IMG/VR virus record: IMGVR_UViG_3300020469_004451
Coordinates: 39,474 to 103,473 of that record
From: a virus
Reading direction: 5' to 3' (one strand)
Length of the DNA: 64,000 nucleotides
The notes beneath the pieces were generated by a model. It saw nothing but the letters and a program-made list of their open reading frames with translations, did not search any database and had not been told where the DNA came from. Shown piece after piece: positions 1 to 10,638 of this stretch (positions within the stretch are counted from its first letter, which is position 1; every line of letters begins with the position of its first letter). The position numbers and the translations under genes are program-made.

Positions 1-265
1 ATACTAATCAAGTCAACAGAGATTCTGTAACCCCTATTCTTGGTAATAAAGAAATTATAACAAGAAATGAAAATAAAACTGAAGGAAAAAGAACTGTATC
101 TGTAAATATGGTTTCAAATGATGAATCTTTTGTAGAAGATTCTCTAACACTTGCTTCTCAAAATGAACCAGACTCTGAATACAAATATATAACATCCAAA
201 AGGACAAGCGAAAGACCTTTGCAAAAAACCGTTTCATCTACTTTGGAATTTACTTTTTTTGATTA

Positions 266-1840
266 ATGATTGATATTTCTTACGGAGGATATTCTTTTCC
301 ACAACCACTTCCATTTGTAGGCCAAGATGAAGCGCCTGTTTTTTTGAGTGGTAGAGTAGACCATTCTATAATTTCTATAGAACTTATAGGGCAATTAACC
401 GGATGTGATTTGCCTTCATTAAAAGCTCAAAAAGAAGAAATGGTTATTGGTTTATCTAGTGGCTTTCAACAGTTGACTGTTGGAAATACTGGATTTGACT
501 TTGCAAAGCCGATTAGCATAAGTTTTCAAGATTCTGATTTAACTAGAATATTACCATACAATGTATCGTTTGAAGTATTTCACGAAAAAGACTTTTCTAA
601 ATTTTATGGTATTCAAAACCCTGTTGACACTTGGGAATATGAAGAAAACGAAGACAACAATACTGTCAATGTAGTTCACACTGTTAGCGCCAGCGCAAGA
701 AAAACTTCAGGCGCAGATACTTTAACTGTCGCAAAAGAATTCGTAGAATCTCGTTTAAATGGATTTGATAATATGTCTATTTTCTTTACGGGAAATACTT
801 CTATTTTAAAATCAAAAAATGAAACAGTAAATAGGGTAGATAACTCTTATGGCGTTACCGAGACTTATGAACTTAGCGAATCTATTGATGGTAGAGATCG
901 GCCTGATTCAATAATTAGACCAGAATGCCAAATATCTTTTAATGCAGATTCTTCGCTTTCTTTAACGGTAAATGGAACTATTGTAGGAGGGATAAGCGGT
1001 AGCGCAGATACGGGATATTTTACTCCTGAAGATGCAACAGAATTTGCGAAAAATGCTGTTAAAAGAACTAAAATTGATTACGAAAATTCATTGTATGGTG
1101 ATATTTTCCGTGAACCTGAATCATACAATTATGATATAGACACTGGAGCGAATAGTATTTCTTTCAGCTTTTCTTTTAACGATCCCACTGATTTTAGAAC
1201 AGGCGAAGTTCTAAATGACTTTTCTTCTTCACTTGAAGCATCGAAAGATCAAGGTGGAATTATAGTATCCTTAAATGGCAAATTTTATTATGACGGGACC
1301 AAAGATATATTTTTAACAGACGCTCCAGAGCAAGAACAAAGATATCAAAAAGTCGAGGCTGTTTTTAGCGGTTTCGATCCATACCCTATTGCACAATCTC
1401 ATTTTGAACATTTTACTGGCTTTAGTTTAAATTATAACTCATCACCTTTAAACACTACAATTCAAGATTTTAGTATAGATAAAAATCCTCATTCTTCTGA
1501 AATTAATTATTCATATTCTTTTTCTAATATACCAGATTTATTTTCTGGAATGATCAAAAATGCTGAAGTAACAATAGATACTCAGCATCCCATTGCTGCA
1601 TATGGAATAAAGTCAACCATTGATGGGTCTTTTAGCATTCAAAACCTTTATGATACTTTAGAAAAAAAATCCGTAACTGTGAATGGAACATTAAATACAG
1701 GAATTAGCGTTGGTTCTGCCACTTCTTTTATTTATAATTATATATCACAACACTCTGGAAGTTCTTCTTCTATGGCCTCAGATACAATTCGAACTGGAAA
1801 TAATACTATATCCATATCAAGAAGTTTCATAAATGAATAA
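266..1840 (+). CDS. Putative virion structural protein (tail/baseplate region)
   Basis: 524-aa ORF, beta-rich S/T/N/G composition, overlaps the next ORF; no enzyme motif. Confidence 0.55.
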   Translation: MIDISYGGYSFPQPLPFVGQDEAPVFLSGRVDHSIISIELIGQLTGCDLPSLKAQKEEMVIGLSSGFQQLTVGNTGFDFAKPISISFQDSDLTRILPYNVSFEVFHEKDFSKFYGIQNPVDTWEYEENEDNNTVNVVHTVSASARKTSGADTLTVAKEFVESRLNGFDNMSIFFTGNTSILKSKNETVNRVDNSYGVTETYELSESIDGRDRPDSIIRPECQISFNADSSLSLTVNGTIVGGISGSADTGYFTPEDATEFAKNAVKRTKIDYENSLYGDIFREPESYNYDIDTGANSISFSFSFNDPTDFRTGEVLNDFSSSLEASKDQGGIIVSLNGKFYYDGTKDIFLTDAPEQEQRYQKVEAVFSGFDPYPIAQSHFEHFTGFSLNYNSSPLNTTIQDFSIDKNPHSSEINYSYSFSNIPDLFSGMIKNAEVTIDTQHPIAAYGIKSTIDGSFSIQNLYDTLEKKSVTVNGTLNTGISVGSATSFIYNYISQHSGSSSSMASDTIRTGNNTISISRSFINE

Positions 1841-3224
1841 TACTCTTTCAACATTAGCCAACGCTTATTTAAATAATGGCACTGGTGCTATCATGCTGTA
1901 TTATTCTATGGAGGATGAAACAACTGGCGTTGTAGGCTCTGGAGGAGAGTTTACAGGTGTTGTGATGAATGTTTCGCCGTCTTCTACTGTCGGACACACA
2001 GGGCTTGTCATAGACGCTACAGGGGCTACAGAAGCAGAAGCTGGCTCGCGATTAGAGACTTTTTTCTTGAATGAAAAGAGTGGTGTTGATCTTAGCTTTT
2101 CAAGTATAAAATTTGATGCATTCTTAGATGAAGGCTTCATGTCTCCAGATGATTTTGAAACTGAAACATCCTTTCTGTTTTCTTTTGAAAAAATAAAAAG
2201 GAAAAATGGTGTGCTTTTCGGTAATTTAAATAAAGAAACTTTTGACAACGGTGAAGTATCTTTTAGTTATGGTAAAGGATTTAACATAGGCATAAACGAT
2301 AGAAACAAACTTTTCTTTCAAGGAATAGATTCAGAGGTGGGAGAATACGTGCTTGTGGCTGATGATTTAGAATTAGCTAACAAAAACATTTGTTCTGCTA
2401 CAGTTTCACCATATCGAGTATCTTTTTCAGTTTATAATTTAGCAGATGACAATTTTGAAACCACCTCGCTAAGAACTGATAGCAAATTAGAAAATCTTGA
2501 ATACACTGGCAATTTCTACATAGGAAAATCAGACCATTATATAAGACAAGACAACAATACTTTTAGTGGATACTTAGATCAGTTTATGATGATCACAGGT
2601 GTTCATGGTCCATCTGATTTAAAATCAATTGCATCCGGTTTTGTGGCAACTGGCTCTGCTGTTTCTGGAGCATCATACATAGATAATGTTATTACAGGGG
2701 CTGATATAAGTCTTGTTCATCCGGTTGGAATTACAGGGTATCAAGCTGTTATAACTGGCTTTCAAGAAGATTTGTTAGATAGTGAATTAATTGAATTCAC
2801 TTTAATACGAAACGAATTTACTCCTTCAACCTTAAAAGATGGTGAAAGGTTTATCACTGGATACACTTTGCCAAATAACTCTGGCGTGTTTACAGAGGAG
2901 ACTTCTTTTCTAATTCCAGAAAATAATTATACGGATACCGGAGATGACGCACACGCAACTTTGGGATTAATTGATATATCTAATGTAGTTACGGATTTTA
3001 GTTTACAATCTAGTAAAACCGTAAAAACGACAGGGATTATTCCTCTATATGATATAAGTGGAATTACTGGAATTTTGATAAATGAGCCAACTGGATATTT
3101 GAAAACATTTTTAAGTAAAGACTTCAATAGAACTGGAACAGTGGTTGAAAACCTAATTTTTAGAGAAGGCTACGCAGAACAATACAAATATGATTACCTA
3201 CACTACCTTTCTCATAGAATATGA
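1833..3224 (+). CDS. Putative virion protein with LamG/concanavalin-like domain
   Basis: GFNIGIND..., FYIGK...FSGYLDQF resemble LamG-3 motifs; many S/T-G dipeptides. Confidence 0.55.
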   Translation: MNNTLSTLANAYLNNGTGAIMLYYSMEDETTGVVGSGGEFTGVVMNVSPSSTVGHTGLVIDATGATEAEAGSRLETFFLNEKSGVDLSFSSIKFDAFLDEGFMSPDDFETETSFLFSFEKIKRKNGVLFGNLNKETFDNGEVSFSYGKGFNIGINDRNKLFFQGIDSEVGEYVLVADDLELANKNICSATVSPYRVSFSVYNLADDNFETTSLRTDSKLENLEYTGNFYIGKSDHYIRQDNNTFSGYLDQFMMITGVHGPSDLKSIASGFVATGSAVSGASYIDNVITGADISLVHPVGITGYQAVITGFQEDLLDSELIEFTLIRNEFTPSTLKDGERFITGYTLPNNSGVFTEETSFLIPENNYTDTGDDAHATLGLIDISNVVTDFSLQSSKTVKTTGIIPLYDISGITGILINEPTGYLKTFLSKDFNRTGTVVENLIFREGYAEQYKYDYLHYLSHRI

Positions 3225-3931
3225 TTGAATATATTCAAAATACTGGACTTCTTTCAAGAAAAGAGGATTACTACAATGTAGGTCAAGTTTCTAACGGGAT
3301 TGGCTCTATAAATAGTAGAAACCCTTTAATTAATGATGTTTATCTAAATGGTCAAACTTTACTAGAAACAGAGGCAGATGTTGAAGTTATTGGTCAACGA
3401 GAAATTATTTCTCATACTGGAGACTTCTTTTTATCTGGTTCTTTACTTAGATCATCAACAGGGGTTACTGATCTCTTTCTTTTTGAGACAAATAATTTGA
3501 AACATGATTTTATACAAAGCGGACAACACCCATTTTTCTCTTCATCAGTTCATAATGAACTGATCATAGGTTTTAGTGGGGTTGCTAATGATTTATCAGG
3601 TGACTTAATTTTTCTCAATGGCGCAAAACTTGTAAGTGGTCAAGATTATGTAGAAAATTCAAATGGGAATTTTGATTATATAGGAGACACCACCGAGACA
3701 GGCTTTCTTTTTAGAATGCCAATTAAGGAGGACGTTTTTACAAGTGGGCTTTTTGATTTAACAGGAGTCTTTTTTAATAAAGACACTACTGTTGGTTATT
3801 TAAACGGAATGAGGGTTGATGATGATGAGCTTTTAGAAACTTCGTCATTACTTCTAGATATAATTGAGACGGGATTAAATAACACTTTTGAATTCAAAAT
3901 TTCTACAGAACCAAAATATATTGTCTTTTAA
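3221..3931 (+). CDS. Putative virion structural protein
   Basis: Repeated YLNG/FLNG beta motifs typical of phage tail/baseplate proteins; ATGA overlap with the upstream gene. Confidence 0.5.
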   Translation: MIEYIQNTGLLSRKEDYYNVGQVSNGIGSINSRNPLINDVYLNGQTLLETEADVEVIGQREIISHTGDFFLSGSLLRSSTGVTDLFLFETNNLKHDFIQSGQHPFFSSSVHNELIIGFSGVANDLSGDLIFLNGAKLVSGQDYVENSNGNFDYIGDTTETGFLFRMPIKEDVFTSGLFDLTGVFFNKDTTVGYLNGMRVDDDELLETSSLLLDIIETGLNNTFEFKISTEPKYIVF

Positions 3932-3932
3932 T

Positions 3933-6425
3933 ATGGCTACAGAACATTCTAGAAAAAATTTAGGCTCTTTATTTGGGGGAGAAATTATGTCTATCAACTA
4001 TAATTTCCAATCTGGTTCAGAAGCATCAACTTGCACTCTAACAATTATTAGTGAGAATAATGAATATAATGTGCCAAAGATGAATGAAAAAGTTCACATA
4101 CCTCCGTTTGGTCTTGAGATGATAGTCTTAGAGACTTCTCTAAGACAAGATAGTAAATTTACTACTTTACAAGTAGAGTTGATTGATTCGATGTCAGAGA
4201 TTTTAGACAGAGAAATGGTCTTTATATGGGGAACTCATACTGACATGAGAGGAAATTTATCTTCTAATGGATATTTAATTGATAAAACACTTTTTCTCTC
4301 TCCATTAGATTATCCAAAAAACACTAGGTTTTCACGTAATCTAGCTCGTCCTACAACATCTAGAAATTTTAACAAAAATTTTGGTAATGGAGTGAATGTT
4401 ATTGGATTTGGAAGGATTACCCTGAGAGAAGAAGCTTCTCGCACAATAACCATTGACCCCTCCGCAGAGCAATTAATTGATGGTAATACTTTTGTAGAAG
4501 AAAAAAGGGTGGTTATTGATGCATTCGAGTTAAATAGAACATTAACTACCGACAAAACAATGTTATTAGCAAATCACCTTCCTTTAATCTCGCTTGGTTA
4601 TGATCCAGAACAAGCTGAGTTAAAGTTTGGTTATACTGCATCAGACTTATTCAAACTATTTCTTTCAAAAGGTATTTCATTTGAATCTAATGATGAGCGT
4701 TTTTTATCAGATGAAAATATAATGTTTTCCGATTCTGGAAGTTTTAGAAAAGTTTTATCAAGTGTATTATCAAAAATAGGTAGGTCTTTTTATGTAGATC
4801 CATTTACTCAGAAAATACATATTGTTACAAATGGTGAAATAGCATCTATTAATACAAATTTAAACAATATGTATTTGAATTTTGAAAATACAGAATCCGC
4901 AGAGCAACTTACATTAACTAAAAGTATAAAAAATGTAGAAGCAACTCATCATTTTATAAAAGGACAGGCTACTAAATTTGTAGGAGAGAATTCTTCTTCC
5001 ACGTCTGTTGCACCGAAAGCAAAAAAACATGTCTTATACAAGTTAAGTGGAGAGGAACTCTTTAAAGAGTTGGATCTAAAAGAGGCAGACATAAAATTTG
5101 CCAAAATAGTCGCACCTTTCTACAATAGAACACAAGATACAGAAGCTACAGATAAACTTGTTTTTGCTTTAGGGGAAACTAGGCCGTTTGAGCTTAATGG
5201 CACTTATTATGGACCAGATGAATATCGTTATTCGGACGTGAATCTGTTAGATAAAAACAGAGGGAACTGGTTTAGCGTTATAAATTCTGATGATAGATAT
5301 AATTTCTTTGACTTCGATCCTAGTATCTCTACAGATGCTATACGATTATTAATAAATGGAAAAAATGCCATTTCTGTAAGCGAAGCCAATTATCTTGCTT
5401 TTATCGACAGTTATATGACTCTGTTGGGAGGCGTTTATATTAGCAGCCCTATTTCAAAGAGAAGATTAGATCGTAGGCAATATCTTGACACAGAGTTAAA
5501 ATCAGGAGAATATGTTATAGCTATAGCAGATGCAAACGAATTCATAGATAACGTTCCCGAACTTAGTTTCTTGCAGAAATTACGAATAAAAGCAGCGAAT
5601 AAAACGGGAGGTAAGATTAAAAATATTAGAGTAAAGGATTTAGCTGCAAGACTAAAAATATTACAAGGGGATGATGAAGAAGAGGATAATACATCTGATG
5701 ATGAGGATGATGAAGGTAATCCTCTTGGGTCTAGATTCCATGTAATTGCAGTTAGAGATATGAAATATTTTAATGACAACGGGATATCTGAAGATGAAGG
5801 TGAAGGGTTTTCTGAAAGAATTCACAAAAACTTTTACTTATTTACAAGCACACAGGGTCGTTTTCTTGTAAAGCAAGATAATAAAAGCACTAGTAAAGCT
5901 GAAGATATAGCAAAAAGATGCGAGCAAGCATTTGATGATACTGGAGTATTAGATGGAGTAAAGGAAAAATTAATTGTAAAGTATATGGTGGTTGGAAATG
6001 ATAAAAGCTCTGGTGACCAGCAAGATACTAGCTCACCAGAAATTAATTTTCTTAGAACTGATTTGTCTAATGTAAAACAATTTGCGTCACGGCAATTCAG
6101 CGTATTTTCTTCTGAATACGAAGAAGCGAACCATTTTATTAAAAATATAAATACGATTAATCCAGAATTTGAAGGACCATTTATTACAACTGATATAAAA
6201 TATTTTAGACCTCCAGAAAGAGCCGATTTTGATATGGATAAAGGTGTTAGCTCTATTTCTGTTTCAATGGGCGCTCAAGGTATTTCTACATCTATTAGAT
6301 ATTCTTCAATTAAGTTCGCTCAAATAGATACATCTTTATCTAGAGAATTTTTAGGTTCATCAACAACTGATCAAGTTAAGAGATTTTCTCAAAATGCTTT
6401 TGTTAAAAATAGAATTGGAAGTTAA
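3933..6425 (+). CDS. Large putative tail/baseplate-hub-like protein
   Basis: ~830-aa ORF; ATG at 3933 directly after the upstream stop is preferred over TTG 3888; function from context only. Confidence 0.45.
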   Translation: MATEHSRKNLGSLFGGEIMSINYNFQSGSEASTCTLTIISENNEYNVPKMNEKVHIPPFGLEMIVLETSLRQDSKFTTLQVELIDSMSEILDREMVFIWGTHTDMRGNLSSNGYLIDKTLFLSPLDYPKNTRFSRNLARPTTSRNFNKNFGNGVNVIGFGRITLREEASRTITIDPSAEQLIDGNTFVEEKRVVIDAFELNRTLTTDKTMLLANHLPLISLGYDPEQAELKFGYTASDLFKLFLSKGISFESNDERFLSDENIMFSDSGSFRKVLSSVLSKIGRSFYVDPFTQKIHIVTNGEIASINTNLNNMYLNFENTESAEQLTLTKSIKNVEATHHFIKGQATKFVGENSSSTSVAPKAKKHVLYKLSGEELFKELDLKEADIKFAKIVAPFYNRTQDTEATDKLVFALGETRPFELNGTYYGPDEYRYSDVNLLDKNRGNWFSVINSDDRYNFFDFDPSISTDAIRLLINGKNAISVSEANYLAFIDSYMTLLGGVYISSPISKRRLDRRQYLDTELKSGEYVIAIADANEFIDNVPELSFLQKLRIKAANKTGGKIKNIRVKDLAARLKILQGDDEEEDNTSDDEDDEGNPLGSRFHVIAVRDMKYFNDNGISEDEGEGFSERIHKNFYLFTSTQGRFLVKQDNKSTSKAEDIAKRCEQAFDDTGVLDGVKEKLIVKYMVVGNDKSSGDQQDTSSPEINFLRTDLSNVKQFASRQFSVFSSEYEEANHFIKNINTINPEFEGPFITTDIKYFRPPERADFDMDKGVSSISVSMGAQGISTSIRYSSIKFAQIDTSLSREFLGSSTTDQVKRFSQNAFVKNRIGS

Positions 6426-7183
6426 TCCAACAAACCTAAAATAATTCTAGCTTCTTTTGCTGGTATATCTGAAAAAGAATCCCAAAGTGCAGCATCTTCA
6501 TTTCTGTAAAGTTCCTTTTTCCAAAGCTTTCGCAAAGTTTCTTTGAAGTCTTTTAAGTCTTCAAATTTACTAGACAGAGTTTCTTGTGGGCTGAATGAAG
6601 CGGAAGATACCGTTTTAGTTTCCAATACATCAGATTGGTCTTCTTCTTTCTTTGGAGTAGACTTATCAATTTCATCTGCACCAACAATATGAACGTTCAA
6701 GAAGTTTCTTACACAACGGACGAAAGCTCTATTAGCTGCAATTGATTCTAAAAATTTAACAGAGAAGCCATCGCAGTTATTTGAAGTGGCATTTGCTACT
6801 TCTGTAAAGTCAATAGATTTGTGATTTGTTTCATAATTAGGAGTAAATTTAACTTCACATTTAACAACCGCTCTATCGTAAGATGCTTCTATAACTGTAA
6901 AATTTACGCTCTTATAACCTCTAAGTTTCAGAAGCTCCTTGATACCAGATAGCTTGATCAAAAGTTGATGATCTTTTAAACCCTTGACTGAATCTGGAAC
7001 TTCTTTGTCGAACTTCTCAAACCAACCTTTGTTGGGGTAAAGGTGTTCATCATTGATCATGGCTCGCCAATCGACAAAACCATCTTCATTGAACATATAT
7101 TGAATATTTTCTAGCAGACCATTTTCATCTCTTGAAACTTTTTTTGGTCCGATTGAGTTGTCTATTTTTTTTGCTTTACTCAT
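6422..7183 (-). CDS. Hypothetical protein, possible Rad52/Sak-like single-strand annealing protein
   Basis: Beta-beta-beta-alpha pattern ending ESIAANRAFVRCVRNFLNV; own promoter upstream. Confidence 0.4.
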   Translation of the reverse strand: MSKAKKIDNSIGPKKVSRDENGLLENIQYMFNEDGFVDWRAMINDEHLYPNKGWFEKFDKEVPDSVKGLKDHQLLIKLSGIKELLKLRGYKSVNFTVIEASYDRAVVKCEVKFTPNYETNHKSIDFTEVANATSNNCDGFSVKFLESIAANRAFVRCVRNFLNVHIVGADEIDKSTPKKEEDQSDVLETKTVSSASFSPQETLSSKFEDLKDFKETLRKLWKKELYRNEDAALWDSFSDIPAKEARIILGLLD

Positions 7184-7194
7184 AATCTACTACA

Positions 7195-7223
7195 AGTATA
7201 GATCATTAGTCAAATATAGTCAA
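7195..7223 (-). promoter_or_regulatory. Sigma70-type promoter TTGACT-N17-TATACT
   Basis: agtcaa 7218-7223 and agtata 7195-7200 on the + strand, 11 nt before the ATG at 7183. Confidence 0.7.
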
Positions 7224-7230
7224 CCTTTTT

Positions 7231-8874
7231 TTAACCTTCACACGCAGAACAATTATCTTCGTTAAACTTTCTGAAAAGCTCCTGTGCTGCATTACTGCTA
7301 TGTTGATAGTAAAGGCTTTTTACTCCAGATTCCCAAGCGTAAAGTGTTAGTTGATTCATTTCTTTAGCAGAAACACCCGATGGAATCATAATATTAAGGC
7401 TTTGACCTTGATCAATATGCTTCTGACGTTGCGCTGCTTGTGTAATAATCTCTTTTTGAGAAATCTCAGCAAATGTCTTGAATACAGCCTTTTCTTTTTC
7501 AGTTAAAAAATCCAGTTGCTGAACAGAGCCATTATTTCTCAAGATAGAATCCCAAACATCGCTAGTGTTTTTATCTTTTTCTTTAAGCAGCTTTTCAAGA
7601 TACTTATTTTTAATAGTGCCTTTGAACTTGGCAATGTCCTTTACATAGTAATTACTTTTGAAAGGTTCAATGCTTTGTGATACTTGACCAAGAATAAAAG
7701 CAGACGAAGTATTTGGAGCCACAGCCATGCGAGTAACCCATCGCTCCCCTCGACCTTCTAGCATTGGAGGCTCGCCCATTTCTTTAGCTGCTTTCTTGGA
7801 TGCTTCAAGGCTTTGATTTTTAATTGTTTCAAACATTTCTGTATTCAACATCTGAGCCTCAAGAGACTCAAATGGTATCATTTTACTTTGCAGAACAGAA
7901 TGATAACCTGTAGCTCCAATTCCAATCGCTCTTTGATTTATAGCAAAGTTTCTTGGTCTTTGCATAAATGAAACACCCTCTGACTTTTGGATAAATTCAG
8001 TCAAAACCGAATCAAGAAAAAAGGACATAATCTCTACAGCGTCAGTGTCCTTCCAATCATCATAATGAAGCAGATTCATTGATCCCAAACAACAAACAAA
8101 AGATTCGTCTTTATCAGACGATAGCATAATTTCAGAACATAGGTTTGAGCTTTTAATATCTCTGTTATTATCTTTGTAAACTTGTGGCGCAGCGTTATTT
8201 GCGTTGTCGTAAAAATAAATATAAGGAAGTCCAGTTTGTGCGCGACTCTCAAGAACCTTTGCCCAAACTTTACGCTTCTCCTTATCTCCGCTCTTCATCT
8301 CTTTAAGCCAATCATCTTTTACAACAACACCAGTTAACAGGTCTTGAATAGGATGACCTTCTTTTCTAATATTCAAGAAGTCTTCAATATCCCCGTGGTC
8401 AATAGGCAGATATGCTGCCATCTTTCCTCTACGAACGTCTGCTTGCTTGCATACGTGGGATACTGAATCAAATAGCTGCATAAAAGTTACAGCACCATCC
8501 GATATGCCTCCCGTAGAAATAGCTGCACCTCGCTGTCTGATTTCACCAAAGTAGCCAGAAGTTCCACCTCCCATTTTAGTCATCATCCCCACTTCGGCTG
8601 TATTGTAGAGGATTGAGTCCATAGTGTCTTCTACGTGACTGTTAAAACACGCAATAGGGAACCCCCTCTTTTTGCCAAAGTTAGCCCACACTGGAGAAGA
8701 GAGAAGAAAATGACCTTTCTCCATGTGATAATAAAAGCGATCTGCAAAACCTTCTTTACCAAGGTAGTTCTCTGCTGCCGAAGCAATGCTTTTAATTCTT
8801 TCAATCGCGTCCTCGCCTTCTGACAAGTAGCCGTTATTAAGAAAGATTTGTGATTTTTTATTTAGCCAATTCAT
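7231..8874 (-). CDS. nrdA: Ribonucleoside-diphosphate reductase class Ia alpha subunit
   Basis: SNLCSEI catalytic motif, APNTSS, KSLYY, C-terminal CSACEG; no ATP cone. Confidence 0.95.
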   Translation of the reverse strand: MNWLNKKSQIFLNNGYLSEGEDAIERIKSIASAAENYLGKEGFADRFYYHMEKGHFLLSSPVWANFGKKRGFPIACFNSHVEDTMDSILYNTAEVGMMTKMGGGTSGYFGEIRQRGAAISTGGISDGAVTFMQLFDSVSHVCKQADVRRGKMAAYLPIDHGDIEDFLNIRKEGHPIQDLLTGVVVKDDWLKEMKSGDKEKRKVWAKVLESRAQTGLPYIYFYDNANNAAPQVYKDNNRDIKSSNLCSEIMLSSDKDESFVCCLGSMNLLHYDDWKDTDAVEIMSFFLDSVLTEFIQKSEGVSFMQRPRNFAINQRAIGIGATGYHSVLQSKMIPFESLEAQMLNTEMFETIKNQSLEASKKAAKEMGEPPMLEGRGERWVTRMAVAPNTSSAFILGQVSQSIEPFKSNYYVKDIAKFKGTIKNKYLEKLLKEKDKNTSDVWDSILRNNGSVQQLDFLTEKEKAVFKTFAEISQKEIITQAAQRQKHIDQGQSLNIMIPSGVSAKEMNQLTLYAWESGVKSLYYQHSSNAAQELFRKFNEDNCSACEG

Positions 8875-8876
8875 TT

Positions 8877-9863
8877 TTAGAAAATAGAGTCTTCATCGAA
8901 AGACTGATCAAATTTGTTGTAAGCAGTAGGTCTTTGATCAAAGAAGTCAACATGAACATCACTTAAAAGTTCTTCATTGAACCATTTAGTCTTTATAAGT
9001 TGGTCTTCATTCGTTTCGAAAATCGGGTCTAGGCCAATTCCAGAAAGGCTTGTGTTGAGCCTATCCTTTACAAACTCTTGGACCTGCTCTTTTTTAATAA
9101 AGTCAGTATCCCCCTCTTCTAAAATCCAATCCAAAACCTTGTTCTCTGCATCAAGAGCTTTTCTACAGTAGTTATAAATTAACGATTTGAACTCGTCGTT
9201 AAAATATTCTGGATGCTCTTCTCTGATTTGTCTAATGATATAAGTTCCGAAAGAACCATGCAGAGCTTCTTCTTTAGAAGTTGCCGCAACAATATTATTA
9301 ACAGCTTTAAGCTTCTTGCGGTGCTTATTGAAAGACATTATGATAAAGAACTGAGAAAACAAAGATACATTCTCAATAAACAAAGAAAAGAGAACGATTG
9401 ATTTTACAAAGTTTTTCTCCATTCTAGCCTGAGCAAAATCCTTATATTTTTTAAGATAGTTATGTCTATCTATAATAACTGGAATATCATAAATCTTTTC
9501 GAACTCATTATTGAGTCCCATAACTTCCAGTAGGTGAGAGTAAGCTCTTTCGTGCCTAACCTCTGACTCAGCAAAGGTAGCACCAACCATCTGCACTTCT
9601 GGCTTGGGTAAGTGTGTATGGATATTACCCCAAAAAGTCTTTACACTTACTTCAATTTGAGAGATTAAAAGTAGGCATTTTTTAATAACCTCCTTCTGCT
9701 CTTTTGTTAGTTCGGTATGATACTCTTGAACGTCTTTCTCTAAAGCTTTACTCCACTCCGTATGGACCCAAAAGGAACGGTTAATGGCATCTGTATATTC
9801 TTCACACTCTTTGTATTCAAACGGCTTAAAATGCTCCCTTGGAGCGAAAATGTCTCTACTCAT
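8877..9863 (-). CDS. nrdB: Ribonucleoside-diphosphate reductase class Ia beta subunit
   Basis: Ferritin-like ExxH motifs (EVRHERAY, EALH), ENVSLFSQF, DFFD tail; adjacent to nrdA. Confidence 0.95.
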   Translation of the reverse strand: MSRDIFAPREHFKPFEYKECEEYTDAINRSFWVHTEWSKALEKDVQEYHTELTKEQKEVIKKCLLLISQIEVSVKTFWGNIHTHLPKPEVQMVGATFAESEVRHERAYSHLLEVMGLNNEFEKIYDIPVIIDRHNYLKKYKDFAQARMEKNFVKSIVLFSLFIENVSLFSQFFIIMSFNKHRKKLKAVNNIVAATSKEEALHGSFGTYIIRQIREEHPEYFNDEFKSLIYNYCRKALDAENKVLDWILEEGDTDFIKKEQVQEFVKDRLNTSLSGIGLDPIFETNEDQLIKTKWFNEELLSDVHVDFFDQRPTAYNKFDQSFDEDSIF

Positions 9864-10335
9864 AAGATTTATCTAATTCGGCAATTTTAATATTAAAACA
9901 ATCACTTCTGAAAGTAAAGTTATTACTCTCATCTTTATCGCCTTTCTTGTATTCGGTTGCTTCTGAAAAGAAATTCTTTTTAGATTTCACTCCAAGAAAC
10001 CAGCCTACAGAGTAGTCATTCTTAACACGAACGAAAGCATATACATCACAATCTTGAATTCTTGTGCTTGTAGATATAGAACAATCGTATTCTTCCAATG
10101 GTTTTACAGAGGTGCGTTTTGTCTTAGCATCAACTTTTGTTCCATCATCCAACACAAGATCGTAGTCATAAGTGTTTTCGACTTTTCCACCCATAACCTT
10201 TTGGGCGATAAATTCTCCAATGAAACCAGCAAGATTTCCCTGACCTCTTGTTATGCTTTTATAAAGCTTGCCCATTTCAACCGCCTTTTTTCTGGCGGCA
10301 CAGAGCATATCGTCAGTAATCTCTACTTGAATCAT
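9856..10335 (-). CDS. Hypothetical protein with PD-(D/E)XK nuclease-like motif
   Basis: GE...YDYDL...VDAKTK pattern. Confidence 0.5.
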   Translation of the reverse strand: MIQVEITDDMLCAARKKAVEMGKLYKSITRGQGNLAGFIGEFIAQKVMGGKVENTYDYDLVLDDGTKVDAKTKRTSVKPLEEYDCSISTSTRIQDCDVYAFVRVKNDYSVGWFLGVKSKKNFFSEATEYKKGDKDESNNFTFRSDCFNIKIAELDKSYE

Positions 10336-10397
10336 GTAGTAGAATCTTACACCGATAATCTAAATAAGTCAAGTCAAAAAGAAAGAAAAGAACATTA

Positions 10398-10638
10398 AAA
10401 ACTCTATCCACGCTTTCTTTGGTTTGGTTAGACTAACCTAGCTACCGGACTGTATCTAATTCGGCAACATAGGTTATATGATCACTATAGGATTTATTAA
10501 CTTCGTTACGCATCCTATAAGGTTAATCTATTAACTTTCTTCTTTATTCCAGAGCCTATCCGCTGAGTTTGGTTTCCGATTTAGGCTCTTAGTGCCGCCG
10601 CTCTGTAAGGTTCAGAGATAAGCCTCGCGGCTCATTCC
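10398..10638 (-). ncRNA. Candidate structured non-coding RNA
   Basis: ORF-free gap with at least four consecutive stems, G-U pairs favouring the minus strand, and upstream TTGTTT-N17-TATAAT. Confidence 0.5.

Noticed and set aside
55-237. 60-aa minus-strand ORF
   Set aside because: No recognisable motif and the context is cut by the window edge; cannot be supported
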